The notes beneath the pieces were generated by a model, which was not told the DNA's origin, searched no databases, and worked only from the letters and a program-made list of their open reading frames with translations. Below are positions 48,583 to 61,340 of a stretch of DNA of 64,000 nt, piece by piece. The stretch lies in NCBI GenBank assembly GCA_010015805.1, contig ML978134.1, forward strand, positions 620,001-684,000. The letters run 5' to 3'. Both the position numbers and the translations under genes were made by a program. This DNA comes from Rhizodiscina lignyota. Taxonomy: Eukaryota. Within the stretch, counting starts at the first letter, position 1, and each line of letters opens with the position of its first letter.

Positions 48583-49836
48583 TCACCACCTTTTGCTTCG
48601 CGCGTCTCCACCAAAATCTTTGCCTTGGCGCTCCCGTTCGATCCGAGCATCGAATTCCTTTTGCGCCTCAGTCTTAGCAAGCTGCCGCTCTTCTTCCGCC
48701 GATGAGAAAGAAAAGCTGCCTCCCAAAGTCGACCCTTGGCTCTGCTCACGTTGAGCGCCACCACTCTGCTGTGATGACGGGCCGCTTTGCTCGCTAGAAT
48801 TAACCTGTCTCCGGATTCTTGCCCAAGCTGACTCTGAAGAGGAACTGCTCTGAGCACTTTGGGATCCTTGCGAGGCCGGGGCAGGCTGAGATGTGCTCTC
48901 AAAATCGAAAGAATCTTGCCGGTCTGGTTGCTGTTGGGGCTGTGCATGTGTCTGTCTTGTAGGCGTCCTGTCGCCTTCAGCACGCTGCTGCATCTCGTGC
49001 ACGCGCATCTGCTCGTCACTCAATACGCTGGCATCTGTGCCGCTGCCGAATGAGTCTGTAAAAGCTCCTCCTGTCGGCGACATATCATCAAAATCGTCCC
49101 GGCCTCTCCGATTGGCGGTTGAATTGTGGGGCGCCACTCCATCTGTGTTACCGATATCCACGCCTTCTGAAGTCTCGTGTTGCTGCTGCGGCAGACCTCT
49201 CTTCTGGTTCTCCCGGCGTTTTTGCGCTTCTTCGATTGCATGGGTCATTCTCCTCTGCATCTTCTCGTTGATCTCCTTGAGCCTCTTATCTCTTTGCAAT
49301 GTAGCCATGGCTGTGAGGATAGCAGAGTTCCTAAAGACGAAGTCGCCCAGCAGGCCAAACAGTGTCACATACGGAATAGCACGTAAGGCGTGCCATCCCA
49401 TCCTTGCCATTTGCCCTCTGAGCGCACCAAGCTCATTTGGATTGAATTTCTCCAGGTCCGGCGAATAGAATGGAAATCGGTATTTTGGCGCACCCTTGTA
49501 GCAGAAATATGCACCTACACCTATGCCCGTCACATCACCCCAGGACGACCGAGATAATACCTTGCTGTACATTTCCGCGATGGCCTGGACTTCGTCGCCC
49601 GTGAGTGGTCTTTGCATAAGGCGGGAAGTGCCTGCGCATGTTTCGCTTATCCGGGCGAGGCGGTAGGACTGGCTATAGCCCAGGAGTGGACCTATGATGG
49701 GTGCAGGTTTGGAGAGCGTGGATAGATCAATCGGATAGGCGTTGGTGGCATTGTTGGTTGAATATCGATCCGTGTCTGACGGAGCGGCGTCAGGCTGGAA
49801 GCCGGTAGAGTCGGCTGTGGAGTCTTCGAGAACCAT
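48583..49836 (-). CDS. Hypothetical membrane-associated protein
   Basis: 417-aa ORF with two modest hydrophobic segments around YRFPF, then DDMSPTGG, SAWARIRR and AQKEFDARIERER blocks. Function not assignable by eye. Confidence 0.75.
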   Translation of the reverse strand: MVLEDSTADSTGFQPDAAPSDTDRYSTNNATNAYPIDLSTLSKPAPIIGPLLGYSQSYRLARISETCAGTSRLMQRPLTGDEVQAIAEMYSKVLSRSSWGDVTGIGVGAYFCYKGAPKYRFPFYSPDLEKFNPNELGALRGQMARMGWHALRAIPYVTLFGLLGDFVFRNSAILTAMATLQRDKRLKEINEKMQRRMTHAIEEAQKRRENQKRGLPQQQHETSEGVDIGNTDGVAPHNSTANRRGRDDFDDMSPTGGAFTDSFGSGTDASVLSDEQMRVHEMQQRAEGDRTPTRQTHAQPQQQPDRQDSFDFESTSQPAPASQGSQSAQSSSSSESAWARIRRQVNSSEQSGPSSQQSGGAQREQSQGSTLGGSFSFSSAEEERQLAKTEAQKEFDARIERERQGKDFGGDARSKRW

Positions 49837-50852
49837 TGCGAATGGCTAGGGTAGCGTGGTGTGGGCAGAGTCGAGGTTGGGATTAAGGATTGCGGCACGG
49901 TCGACGTCGATTTTGTCGCAAAGTTATTGGAGCTGCTGGAGATTGGAGGTAATTGTATCCTGTTACACGACGTCTGCACTCACGGCTGCGCCCAATTGAC
50001 GGCATCAAGCTACGGCAAGGCTATCCAGCATGCAATCGCGGTGGTTTGAGGCAGCATGGACAAGACGAGAAGTGAGCCTGCTGCTGCCACGATGATATGG
50101 GCAGTGTGGAGTACGAGAGGCTAAAGGCCGTTGCCCGTTGACGTAGGCGGACGCGGCGGCTATTGCACCAATGGCCTCGAGGAGGGATTGATCGGTGCAG
50201 GGAGGCAATCTGCACGTTCCCGATCTCGTGCTAAGCGCTCGCTGCAAGGATGGACCAGATGAGTTCGATCGCCGAGTGAAGCGATGGATGCATTGCAACA
50301 AAAGGCGGCGGCCATCGGCCTTCAGCGCTGTGCTGCTGCCCCTTGTCGCCCGCTCTGCCAATTCACCCTCACGCTCTTTCCGATTGCCGCTTCCAGTCAT
50401 TCCTTCATGAGACATGATATATCATATACGAGCAAAGTGTCCGCGCTGACACGTGCAACGCCTGTGTATGGTTCCCCCGCAGTCTTCACGCTGGGCGACC
50501 GACGGGTCACACACGACGACGAGGCCGCCAGGCTGGGACGTCTGGAAAGGCAGTCGCGCTTGACGCCCGTGTTGAAATACCGTCCATGCCCTTCCGTCTC
50601 CCGCGAACCCTTCACTGACCCTCTGCATCGTTTGCTGTTCGAATTAATCTGCGCGTCGTCTCTCAGCATTGTTTCACTCCTTCCTCCCCTCCTCCGCTCC
50701 TTCGCCCGCCCCCGTGATGCAGGCAAGGCCAATAGCAACCTCACGCTCTGGCACTCCAACATCCCGCGGCCACAGGCCAACACTCCTTCAACGTTGCTGT
50801 GTTTTGTATTCACCACTTGTAATTGAGCTCTCTCGACTCTAATTTCTCCGAC

Positions 50853-53800
50853 ATGGCTGAGGTGGAGCTCCCATCAAGCGACGTCGTTGAAATGGCCTCC
50901 GATTCTGGGTCTGCAGAGCCAGATGCTGAGCTGGAATATAACCAGGCACACATCCCACTTCCTGGTGGCGAGGAATTCGACGACATCTTCTTCCCCAGAG
51001 GTCTCGACAATGCCTTCATGAATCAAAGAAACCCTATTCCAGATGACCTTTGGGAAATGTTTGAGCACCGGCTAGTCCGAACACCAACACCACAAAACCA
51101 AATCCCATTTCAAAGAGCTCCCATGCCTCTTCCCCGATCATCTCCCACTCCACAGTCTCCGCCGACAGAGGAACAGGCAGAAATGGGCCTCCTCCCGGGA
51201 TCAACTTACGACACGCCTATAGACCTTGAAGACATTGATTATACGCCCGTGTTAACGGAGGAAAGTTGCCTGCAGCAAGTGCTTCAAGTCCTTCCAGAAA
51301 TATCTCATCAGCACGTTAGAGATCTCTACAACGAAGCTCCGCCAGCGCCCTTTGAAGGTGAGTCTATCTATTCTTTTCTAATTCACTATCAAATCCCCCT
51401 TTTAGCCACCAGGAGTGAAGCTTCGCTGCCTAGAAGGACTTTTTAAACTACCCAGTTCAAGAAATTTGTTTTTGCAAGTGATGCCCACATTGCCGGCGCG
51501 CCAAGCACAGCTAAGAGAACAGCTACACGACTGACTCCACAAACACTTCGCTAACTTTCTCCCCCAAATTTAGGTGCCGAATGGCTAGCAGCTTTCATTG
51601 GCAACATCGTGGAGAGTGGCAAGTATCCCACTGAGAGAGAGGCTCAGAAAGGTGTCAAGCGGAAGAGAGACGCAGAGCTCTTCAACGAATCTGTAGAGGA
51701 GCAAGACACTGCAGGCAAGGAATATTCGGACGTAGCGTAAGTTAATGGGCGGTTATCGGACCGCCCTCTTCTCCTCAATTTCCACGCGTCGTGCAGCGCA
51801 GCCGTTCTGTTGCCACTCTCATGCAGTTTCACTGCATAGTCTGGAGCAACGGTGACGCAGTCCAACCAGTCATTACTAAACGCATTCCTAGATTCGTGCT
51901 GAGCATGAGGGAGTCTATATACCCCCTGCTACACGAGCGCTTAATCTCTCTGTCACAGAAGCTTAGCTGTCACTATGCGCCCCCTGAATCATTACTTCTT
52001 ACGTTACTCTATTTAGGCTTCAACTCCTCAGTCAGGAGTTTCCAGACCTCATCCAGAAGCACATCAAAAGTCGCCTCGCGACTCTCGTGACACTTTACAA
52101 GACCTACGCCGTTCTGGAAGTAGACAATCAAAACGATACCTTCAAACTGCGGGGTAAAAGCCGCAGAAAGCGTACGAAGATCGACGAATCTGACCTGTCG
52201 CCAACCCCTTCGCCCACTATGTCAAGGCGCCCCGGACTCCTTTCAGAGTTGGCTGGATTTGAGCGGGCCTCTAAAGAGCTACAGGCAGCGCGAAAGAGAA
52301 GAGATCAAGAAGCTGCCAAGAAGCAAGAGGCTGACGCTGTCGCTCGCGCGGAGGAGGAGAATATCCGAAAAGCACAAAAAGAGAATTTGATGCAAGAATG
52401 TGGTTGCTGCTACGGAGACCATCCCTTGAATCGAATGATTGCTTGCAATAACCGCGATGTCGAATCGATACACTGGCTGTGCTATGGCTGCGTCAAGACA
52501 TACGTCGAGACGGAGATTGGCTTGTCTAGGCATAACGTGGTGTGTTTCCACGTCGATGGATGCACTGCATCGTTCAGGCTATCCCAGTTGCGCCTGGCTG
52601 TTCCTTTACCAACGCTTGAGAGGCTCGAGAAACTCCAGCAGCAAGATGATATCCGCCTAGCAAAGGAGGGTGGTGGACTTGAGGGCCTCGAAGAGTGTCC
52701 ATTCTGCGACTTCAAAGCTGACATGGAAGTGCCCAAGGATGAGGATAGAGAGTTCCGCTGCCAAACCGACGGTTGTGGCATTGTGAGCTGTCGGTTCTGC
52801 AAACTCGAAACGCACGTTCCTCTTAGCTGTGAAGAGGCCGCCAAAGACAGAGGCATTAATGCTCGTCATCAGGTTGAGGAAGCCATGACAGAGGCTTTGG
52901 TTCGGTCTTGCAAGTATGCGCCCCTTTCCCTCTGTATTATCCAGTCTCAAAGGCGATGTTACTGACTCGTTCACAGCAAATGCAAGAACAAATTCATCAA
53001 AGAGTTTGGCTGCAACAAGATGACCTGCACAGTCTGCCACAACATTCAGTGCTACGTCTGCTCCCAAAACGTGACTGACTACAACCACTTCGCTGATGGT
53101 GGGCTTTACGGCGGTCCAACGACCCAGCGCAGGAAGTGTCCTCTCAACGACGATGTCAATATCCGACACGAAAACGAGGTGAAAATGGCTGAAGAAGAGG
53201 CACTGAAGAAAGTCCGCGAGGAGCATCCAGATCTCACAGAGGAAGAGCTGAAAATCAAGGTCTCAGACGAGGTCAAGGCCGCTGAGCGAGGCAGGAGGAA
53301 CATGTTCGCCGGTGGACATCCTTTGGGTGCTTACGCCAATGTTGTTTTGGGACAGGGTGCCCCTTTCCTGTTCGCTGACGTTCATGCTCCTGGACCACAC
53401 CGACCGCCGCCTTTGCCCCCTAATGCGGGCGAGATAAGGGTGATGCATCGAGCTCCGCCAGAGCATAGATGGGCGATGCAGGCTGTGGGACAACAAGCCG
53501 CACCACAAAGACCTCATAGAAATGGCCATGGTCCGCCACCACCGCGACCAGTACCATATCATGGCCCGCCACCACCGATGAATGACTTCCCGCAACGAGA
53601 CTTCGACTATCAGTTGGCATTGCTGGATGCAAACCAACGGAGACAACAGCAGCTCGCCGAACAGCAGGCGCTATTCAGGAACGAACTTGATCGTCCTGCA
53701 TTTGGAGTTGTTAGAGAGCAGCAGCAACTGGAGCAGGAAGTGCAGCACTTAGAGCGGTTGCAGCAGGGGCGGCAGGCACGGCAGCACCTGTTACAGCAGG

Positions 53801-54192
53801 CGCAACAACACGCACATCAGGCGGTACAGCAGGCACACCAGCAGGCACAACAAGCGCATCAGCAGGCACAACAAGCGCACCAGCAGGCGCAGCAGGCGCA
53901 ACAGCGAGCCGCACAGCACCAGGAAATGCAATTCCCGCAGTTCAACTACGCCCCGATGGCGGCTCCGGCCTATGTCCCTGGTGTGGGATATCACATCCGC
54001 GGCGCCGCTGATGCCGCTGGGGCGCCTCCGAGACCATACCCTGGTATTCCCGCGTATGGCAACCAAGCGCATTCAGCGCGAATACCTGTTAGATTCGCCC
54101 CTCCTCCTGCCATCAATCGCAACGGCACAGTAAATAGAGATGCATGGCTTGAAGATGATGCTTGGCTTAAAGACCTGGAAGACTTCGAATGA
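50853..54192 (+). CDS. RBR (RING-IBR-RING2) E3 ubiquitin ligase, RNF216/TRIAD3-like
   Basis: RING1 CGCC..C..HWLCYGC..C..C; IBR CPFC..C..C..CRFC..H..C; RING2 C.KC..KEFGCNKMTC..CYVC. Introns 51358-51573, 51737-52016, 52914-52976. Confidence 0.9.
53795..53905 (+). repeat. Coding 21-bp repeat encoding QQAHQQA
   Basis: cagcaggcacaacaagcgca(t/c) repeated within the RBR gene. Confidence 0.8.
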
Positions 54193-54915
54193 GCTGGGCT
54201 GGAGGGGATCTTGTCCTCCAATTGCCGATTACTTCACATTATCTACGCACAAACGGAAGAGATTACTTCGACACAGGACAACGGTACGAAATCAACAAAT
54301 CGACGGAATCATGCACTCAAAATTGGAATTGCCTGGGTTTTAATTTGCTTTTAAGGGCAGGCGGCGGGGTCAGTAAACGGCACTGGAGCGTGGAGCGCTT
54401 ACGGTCCCTTCCACTTGCATGGGATTGAGGAAAGATAATGAGCCCCTTTCTTGCTTCAGCATGGCGGCCTTTTCTTTCATTCACTGTGAAACAGTATGAT
54501 GTCTTTTGCTCATTATGACTTTATAGTTCGCTAGGATACCCAATTCCGAGAGCTAAGATCGTCGGTTCGACGACACATTCACTTAATCATGAGTGCTGTT
54601 GATGTAACTTCATTACACACGATTGAGATTTCAATGACGGACCAAATGTGCGTCCGACACCTCGATAGCAGAACACATCTAGATGCATGGTTTCCCGTTC
54701 TTCTGTGATCCCGTTCTCCTCCACTCCATCATGTCTTGGGCCCTGGATTGATGCGGAGATACGACCTCAATCGTGCAGCAACAATAGAAAGCTGCCTCGC
54801 GTATGGTTCAACAATATTTCGGAATTGACCTTGCGGGTGGTCATTCTCTTTCAAGAAGATCTGATGCTCCAAAATCGTGACACCTGAACGTATGATGCCA
54901 AGTGGAACACACGTT

Positions 54916-56159
54916 TCATACGCCAGTAAATCCCTCCAAAGCAGCCATGACCTCCTCACCGACACCGCCTTTCTCAATCACTGCCTTGACAATCTTGCCC
55001 ATTGTCGCTCTCTTGATCCCTCCTCTTGGCGGTGTCCACACGCCTTCCGCCTCCATGCCTTCTCTCGCTGCCAGGAACTCTACGCTCGAGACAGGTGCCG
55101 CACCGCCAGTCGCCGAATTGAGAGAATTTGGCACACCAAGCTGTGTCAGCCGCGACGGTGGATCGACGGTGCGAACCGCCAGGAGTTGTAAAGGTCTGCT
55201 GTTGCTCTTCGGAGTGACATTCAGCCTAACGCCTCCCTCTACGTCCATGAACGACTCGTCTTCTCCGGGCTCATTCGACGCAGACGCCACTTCTCCTGCG
55301 GACACGGCAAGCACGCCCTCTGCGGCTGCTAGTTCCTCCTTGCTTGGGTCGAAAAGGATGTTGTCGCCGACGGTGACGACAAGCAGGGTGATCGGCGGCT
55401 TGTCAATTCGGTCTTTGGAATCTTTGCGGAAGGGGTACAGATATGTTGAGGCCTCCCAGTCGTCGTCGAAGAGCGGGTCTTCGTCGCCTTCGGAGATCAG
55501 TCGCGGGAGGCGGGCGGAGAGGAGAGCAAGGTGCATCGTTAGGGACAGGAGGGGGAGGGGGTATGATAGTGGTGGTGACAGCAAGAGGATCTGGACATGG
55601 CAGATTAGCTGAAGCGTCCAACATGAACTATTTGACCGTCCCACGGCTGGTGCACTGGGTAGCTTACGTCGATATACAGCTTCCAGTGAAATCTGCTGTT
55701 GATCCACAGCCTATCTCTTAACCTCCCACTCGCGACCAATGCCTCTCCCAGCATCTGCGAGAGAAACACAGGCAGAGCATCATCGTCTCTGTAGCCAGGC
55801 ACATCAACCGCAATCTCAACCCAGCTGCTCTTCCCCCTCCCTCGTCCCTGGCCCTCAGCCGCGTCATTCGCCTCATCGTCTTCATCTCCCATAGCCGCGT
55901 CGATCAAGCCCTCCCTAATCGCCCCGACCGCTCTGGATCTCTCCTTCTCCACCTCGGCCTTCACGCCCACAATTGCCTCTGCTCCATCGCTGAAGCACAC
56001 CCTCGCACTGCCGTTTGCATTCGGCAGTATCTCCGTCTCTGCAACCAGCGGTCGGAACTGGCGCGCGCCGCGACCATCAGGCCGGACTGGTGGATGGAGC
56101 GAAAGCGAGGCGTGCAGGTAGGAGAGCTCGGCGGGGGAGAGGAGGGTTGGCGGCGCCAT
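54916..56159 (-). CDS. RRP42: Exosome complex RNase PH-like subunit Rrp42
   Basis: LLSPAELSYL..RPDGR..QFRP..NGSARV..IVGVKAEV, WKLYID / ILLLSPPLSYP, FDDDW. Intron 55667-55591. Confidence 0.93.
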
Positions 56160-57294
56160 TGAGGGATTTGACGCCCTGGAGACGAGGTTGGGTTTCGAGG
56201 TTTAGGGCCGCCGAGAGAGTTGGAGAGGGGTGAAGTTTGGGACGGGGCCAATAGAGCATTTATGCGCGTCGAGGATGAAGCTAGAACGTGCGGTGGTGGA
56301 CGTGGTGTTTACGTCACCAATTCTGAAGGTCGGTTCTGATGCTTCAATTCCAGGTGAAATTATTATAGGCTGTGAAGTGTGCAATACGGGATCTAGAATT
56401 TATGCGGATGTTTACTCTAGCGAGCCAGCCTGCGAAAAAGCTTCAGAACAACGTATAGTAGCCCTGCAAAGCTGGAGAGAGTCGAAATTTCGATCTCCAA
56501 TTCTCAATTCCAGGCCCTCAATTTTCAGAATATGCTAATTTTAGGGGTTTCGCACTAATAGACGCGGCCTTGGCAGGGCAGCAGTGAAGAATTAAGAAGT
56601 CTACATAATCCTATGGAAACAGTAGCTTCAATCTAGACTTCAACTCTCAGATCGGCCAGAACCGGGCAGAAATGGACTTAGAAGTGCGCAGGTAAACACT
56701 GCGTGATGTATTGCGCTTGTCGGCAGGCAACGACAGCGACATGTAGTTGCAGTGCAGATTCCAGAGTACGATAGAGTGGAGCTGTTGCCTGGCTGTTGTG
56801 CCTCCACCCATCTCAGCACTCCGCGGAGTCGTTTCCGCGGCAGAGCCGCAATCAATGCAGCTGCGTTGCCGCTCTGCGGCGCCTTGACTGGCTAATATTT
56901 CCTGCTTCAATCTCGTCGTGCTGCAGCATATCGTATTTCGGGACTTCGCTTCGAGCACTAACATGCTCAACCACCCTTGCCATCGCACCCCTTGCCACCA
57001 TCTATACCCTATAGCGAGGTCGGGCATGCGAATCAACCTTTGAAGCGTGGCTAGAGCCAAGCATGTGTATTACCTTTACCATATAAGGCTAGCACTGGTG
57101 CTGTATTGATGAGTAAGGCGCCAAAGGAGGGTGTCATGTGGGATGTCAAGGGTGAATGGGCACGCTACCCCCAGAAAGCTGTGAAACGATATTTCCATAT
57201 TGGGATTGGCATCTGCAGGCATCTCGCACACCGTCCCACCTCGCGTGCCAGTCCACAACCACTCGTTACACCGTTACACATATCTTGGCCGATC

Positions 57295-57410
57295 GTCTTG
57301 CCCGCGCCTCTTCCCGCTCATCTAGCCCGCGCGTCTTGCCCGTCTTCCTCGCCTGTCTTGCCCGCGCGTTTTGCCCGTGCGTCCTGCAAGCGCGTCTCGG
57401 CCGGGCGTCG
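57295..57410. repeat. Degenerate 13-bp GC-rich tandem repeat, consensus GTCTTGCCCGCGC
   Basis: About 8-9 imperfect copies. Confidence 0.7.
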
Positions 57411-60400
57411 CATTCGCATACCTCTTCAGCAAATGCCCCTTCGGGGCCATGCGCGCCGCCGAATATGGTCTGAGCTAGGGATTGCAACCGAGTTTTCAGT
57501 AGTAGGAGACAATCTCAGTTTAGAGCCCTATGCTCTCCAAGTTGTTATACTGAAGTCCTTTGGTGTATGCCCAACAGACGTAGTGCTATCGCGCGCTAAA
57601 GGGAAGGCATCGGCCAGGTGGCTTGCCAAGCTGACTGTGCTCCTCGTGGGCAAATCCCTATTTACGAACTCCTTCTCTAGGTCAGTTATATCCCGCGCCA
57701 TAAAAGCTTAAAATGCATAAGCTGGTGGGAGGATCGCTCAGAACGACAAGGGGCAGTGCCTCTGTGCTCGAAATATGCTGTATCACTCTCCGTCTATCCA
57801 ACGATGTTGCAACATGTGCCCATGTTCCATTCAGGATGTGAAGCACAGCATATCCTATTCAAGCCATGCGAAGCCGTTCATTCTTCGCTTCCAAAGAAGA
57901 GTTATGCAAGTGTTGCTGCATGGTCGGCATGCCAGGATCTGCGGAGGAGCCGACTGGACAACAGCCACACATCCATGTGACCACATCTTACAGTCGTTTA
58001 CGACACAGTCGTCCAAGAATTTATCGTTTTTTTTTTGATATTCGAACGAGCGGAGTAACTCCGAAAGAGTGGGTCATGGGGCGTCGTAGTAATTCGTTGC
58101 ATCGAAATGGCGAGATCATCCCTGACGATCTGTAAATCAGCTTCCGGCGTCATCCGTACGTTTTAATCGTCATAGACATTGAATCATAACGAACTTACCT
58201 ATATGCATGCGATGTTGATGTTGTTAAGAAATGATGGCAGCTCACAGCATCAGAGGTGCCTTCTATGCTCGGGGCAAAGTTCAAAATCCGTGGACACGTG
58301 AAAATTCGAGCCTGGGAATTCTGCAGCCTTGTCCTCAATCTGGTAAATCTGATAACGATTAAACGATTTAAGTTCCGGCACCCTGCAAGGCAAGAATGGG
58401 TTATTCAACATACCTGTCTCTTATTTGACAATTTTGATGTCGACCCCAATTCACTTGTTTTTGTAGCCTCAATGCTCTCGAGGGCCTAGATACACTCCCT
58501 CATAATGGCGTAGTCCCTCTAGCTGGCCGCGAAGCCTCAGTTTCACCTCCACAGCTGCGAATCCAGCAAGAGGATGATAGGGCCCAAAGCCACAAGAGTA
58601 ACAGCATGCCGGCGACTGTTGCCCATCAGTGGTGTCCTCAAGTGCTCGTCGCACACGCCAATTCAGCCGAGAGACGACATTATCCCAAACTCGCAGCCTG
58701 TCGAATCGCTCCCGCCATTCCCGGTTTTCGAAGATGACGCTCCAGATATAGCTGCGGAGCTGGCGAGGCATGGTCGCCAGGTGAGGAGGAGGAAGCAGAG
58801 GACAACAACACGAGAAAGGAGCTCACATCCCACGATGAACAGTAAAAATTAAAGTACCCGAGCGGCCGGAGCCAAACCAGCGACGGTAAAGGGATGAAAT
58901 AGCTCGGTTTAAGCTGTTACTTTTATGAGGCAATTTACTTATATCTCTAGAAGCGAGATAAGGGCAAATTGAATCTTGACGTCGACTATCTCGTTGATGA
59001 ACAGGCGCCTCAGCCACAGGGGACTCGGCGTGTCGGCCCTGCTATTGTAGTACTGGTCGTACTCGACGCCGACGCAATGTAACAAAGGAGATGGAACGTG
59101 ACCTTCAGAATAATAATCATGCCGGCAGGCAAATAGTCACCAACGAGCGAGGGCTCGCAAGTGGAATGTCGTCCTTCGCCCGAATGCCCACACCAATGGA
59201 ATTAGCATTACCGGTATACAGTGCAGGCTAAGCAAAAGTCCAGGTTCGTCCAGAATAGACCCGGTCGCCGCAAGTCGGAGGTCGCTGCAAGTCCACAACG
59301 GCGATCTGAGGGGAACTGGACTGGCCTAGTCTAGTGTGACTTTAACCTCATTTAGCGGTGCTGCTTATCCTATCGTATTCGATAGGCGTTGGTTGGTGGT
59401 TTGGTGGCGTTAGGACGTGAGGTCGATTTTCGTGGAGGTTTAGACCCCTTCCCAAACGGCTATCACAACCGCCCCACAAAAGGGCCGATACCAATGGAAC
59501 AAAGCAACAGCAAATTTAAATATCCAATCAGGTCTATGGAAGTCGGTCCAAACCAGATGAGACCAGGACTCCTGTTACTTCTCAGTCAAGATCATATCCG
59601 GATTTGCTGCTTGGTCTGATCTGGTCGGGCTAGCCCTGGACTGGACTGGCAGGTTGCCAACTCTGTGCGCACAGAGGTGCATTACGCACGCGACCATAAG
59701 AATATCAGCAGCTAGACAAATGCAGTCCATGATCCAGAGCGGGCAAGAACGAAGACGTTGCTCCGGAACTGGCACAAGAGGTCGCTAGCTGAGCACGCCG
59801 GTGGGTTTCTCATTGCTCTCCATGTTCTTCGTTCTTTTGACTTTTGAACCTCCACAAAATCAGCATCAGGGATGATGTAAATATCGATCTCCGGCTGCGA
59901 CAGCGCCGTCTGTGAGTATCGATAATATCATCGCAGGCCGCGCTGTACGATGCTTTGAAATGCTATCAGCCGGCAGGAACTGCAGCGCCGTCACCGCTGT
60001 CGGATCCTATGCTTTAATAAAGAAACATCCGAGTACTTTAACTGGTTATCGTCGAATATTCTGGATGATACGTGGTAGATGCAGGTTCAACGCGCGACAG
60101 TATATTGTACGGTGATCTCGTTGGCATCGATAATATTTATCACCATCAGCGAGAATTTGCTGTAGAGAACGTATCTGGAGTAATAATTCGACAGGCTAGG
60201 CGTAGAGTTGAAAGAGTTTGGGAACGAGAGAGACAAAAGGGGGTGAAGAAGGTCGGTAATGCCGGCGTGGATGTCATCGTACGATATGACGTAACTACAT
60301 TCGTTTGCTCTCACCTCTCTATCTCAATTCTATACAAATCACATAGGAATATAGACACTCGCTATAACCTATTTTAGCGTCAATTCAAACTTACAATACT

Positions 60401-61298
60401 ATTCGACGCGGCTATGATTTAGTCTCCCTATACCTTTCCTCAAATTGTTAGCTCCCGTCAAACAGCGACCTCCAACCTCAGTACACCACCCTAAATCACC
60501 ATCAACGCCTTCAACAAGCTATACAGGAAGTGCCGAAAGTGATCTGCCATCGACTGCTTTCCCAGCTGGTCGATCTCCCAGTATAGATAGGACCAAGCCA
60601 ACTAGTATTCGAGGTTCCAGCGCTCTGCTCAACTCTTGGGGAAGGCCTTTTGACTCGGAAAAAGGCCCCTTGGTCGCGTTGAGATCAGGCTAGTAAGATG
60701 GCAGATACTCCAGGACATAGCCGTGAGCTTATATTGCCTCTCTCACTCCTGTGCTGCGACGAAATGACGCGTTATCCCGGACAGTCACTGATCTCGGAGC
60801 AGGAAACGGCTGGCAGTACGACAACAACTCGTCAAGCGAGGCCTCACGAATCTCCTCCGTAATTAGGCATCCCTAGCCTCCAGTTCGAGCAGTCCGCGGA
60901 ACTCCTTCCCATCTCAATTGTGCTCTACAGGCTTGAACTGTAAATGAGTCCAATCTACTCCGTACCTCCCCTACAATCGCGTCACCGCTACAGCCGCAGT
61001 ACGATACAGCATTATCGCATTGTGACAACTCTGTGTTGATAGCCAGACATATTTAGCGCTATTTTGATAGGAAATACGCGTTGACGGCTGCGAGGTAGGT
61101 CTTCGAGGTTACTATTTACGTTCACTCGCGGTCACAAAAAGTTTTCGAAACATCAGGACGACGATAGTATACGTATTCTTGGCATTAGGGGGTGATGTCG
61201 ACTTTTCAGGAGGCTGTACGATGTAAATCAGTAGAGACGGCTAACTGCTCACAGCTACGATTTTACGTGGAAAATCCGGTTTGCCGCGCCGAAACGAG

Positions 61299-61340
61299 AT
61301 CGAACATCGAACATCGAAAATTGAAAATCGAAAATCGAAA
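61299..61340. repeat. 7-bp tandem repeat ATCGAA(A/C) x6
   Basis: atcgaac atcgaac atcgaaa attgaaa atcgaaa atcgaaa. Confidence 0.8.

Noticed and set aside
54902..55612. 236-aa plus-strand ORF
   Set aside because: Antisense to RRP42.
57106..57711. 201-aa plus-strand ORF
   Set aside because: Non-ATG start, spans a GC-rich repeat, and has no domain signal.
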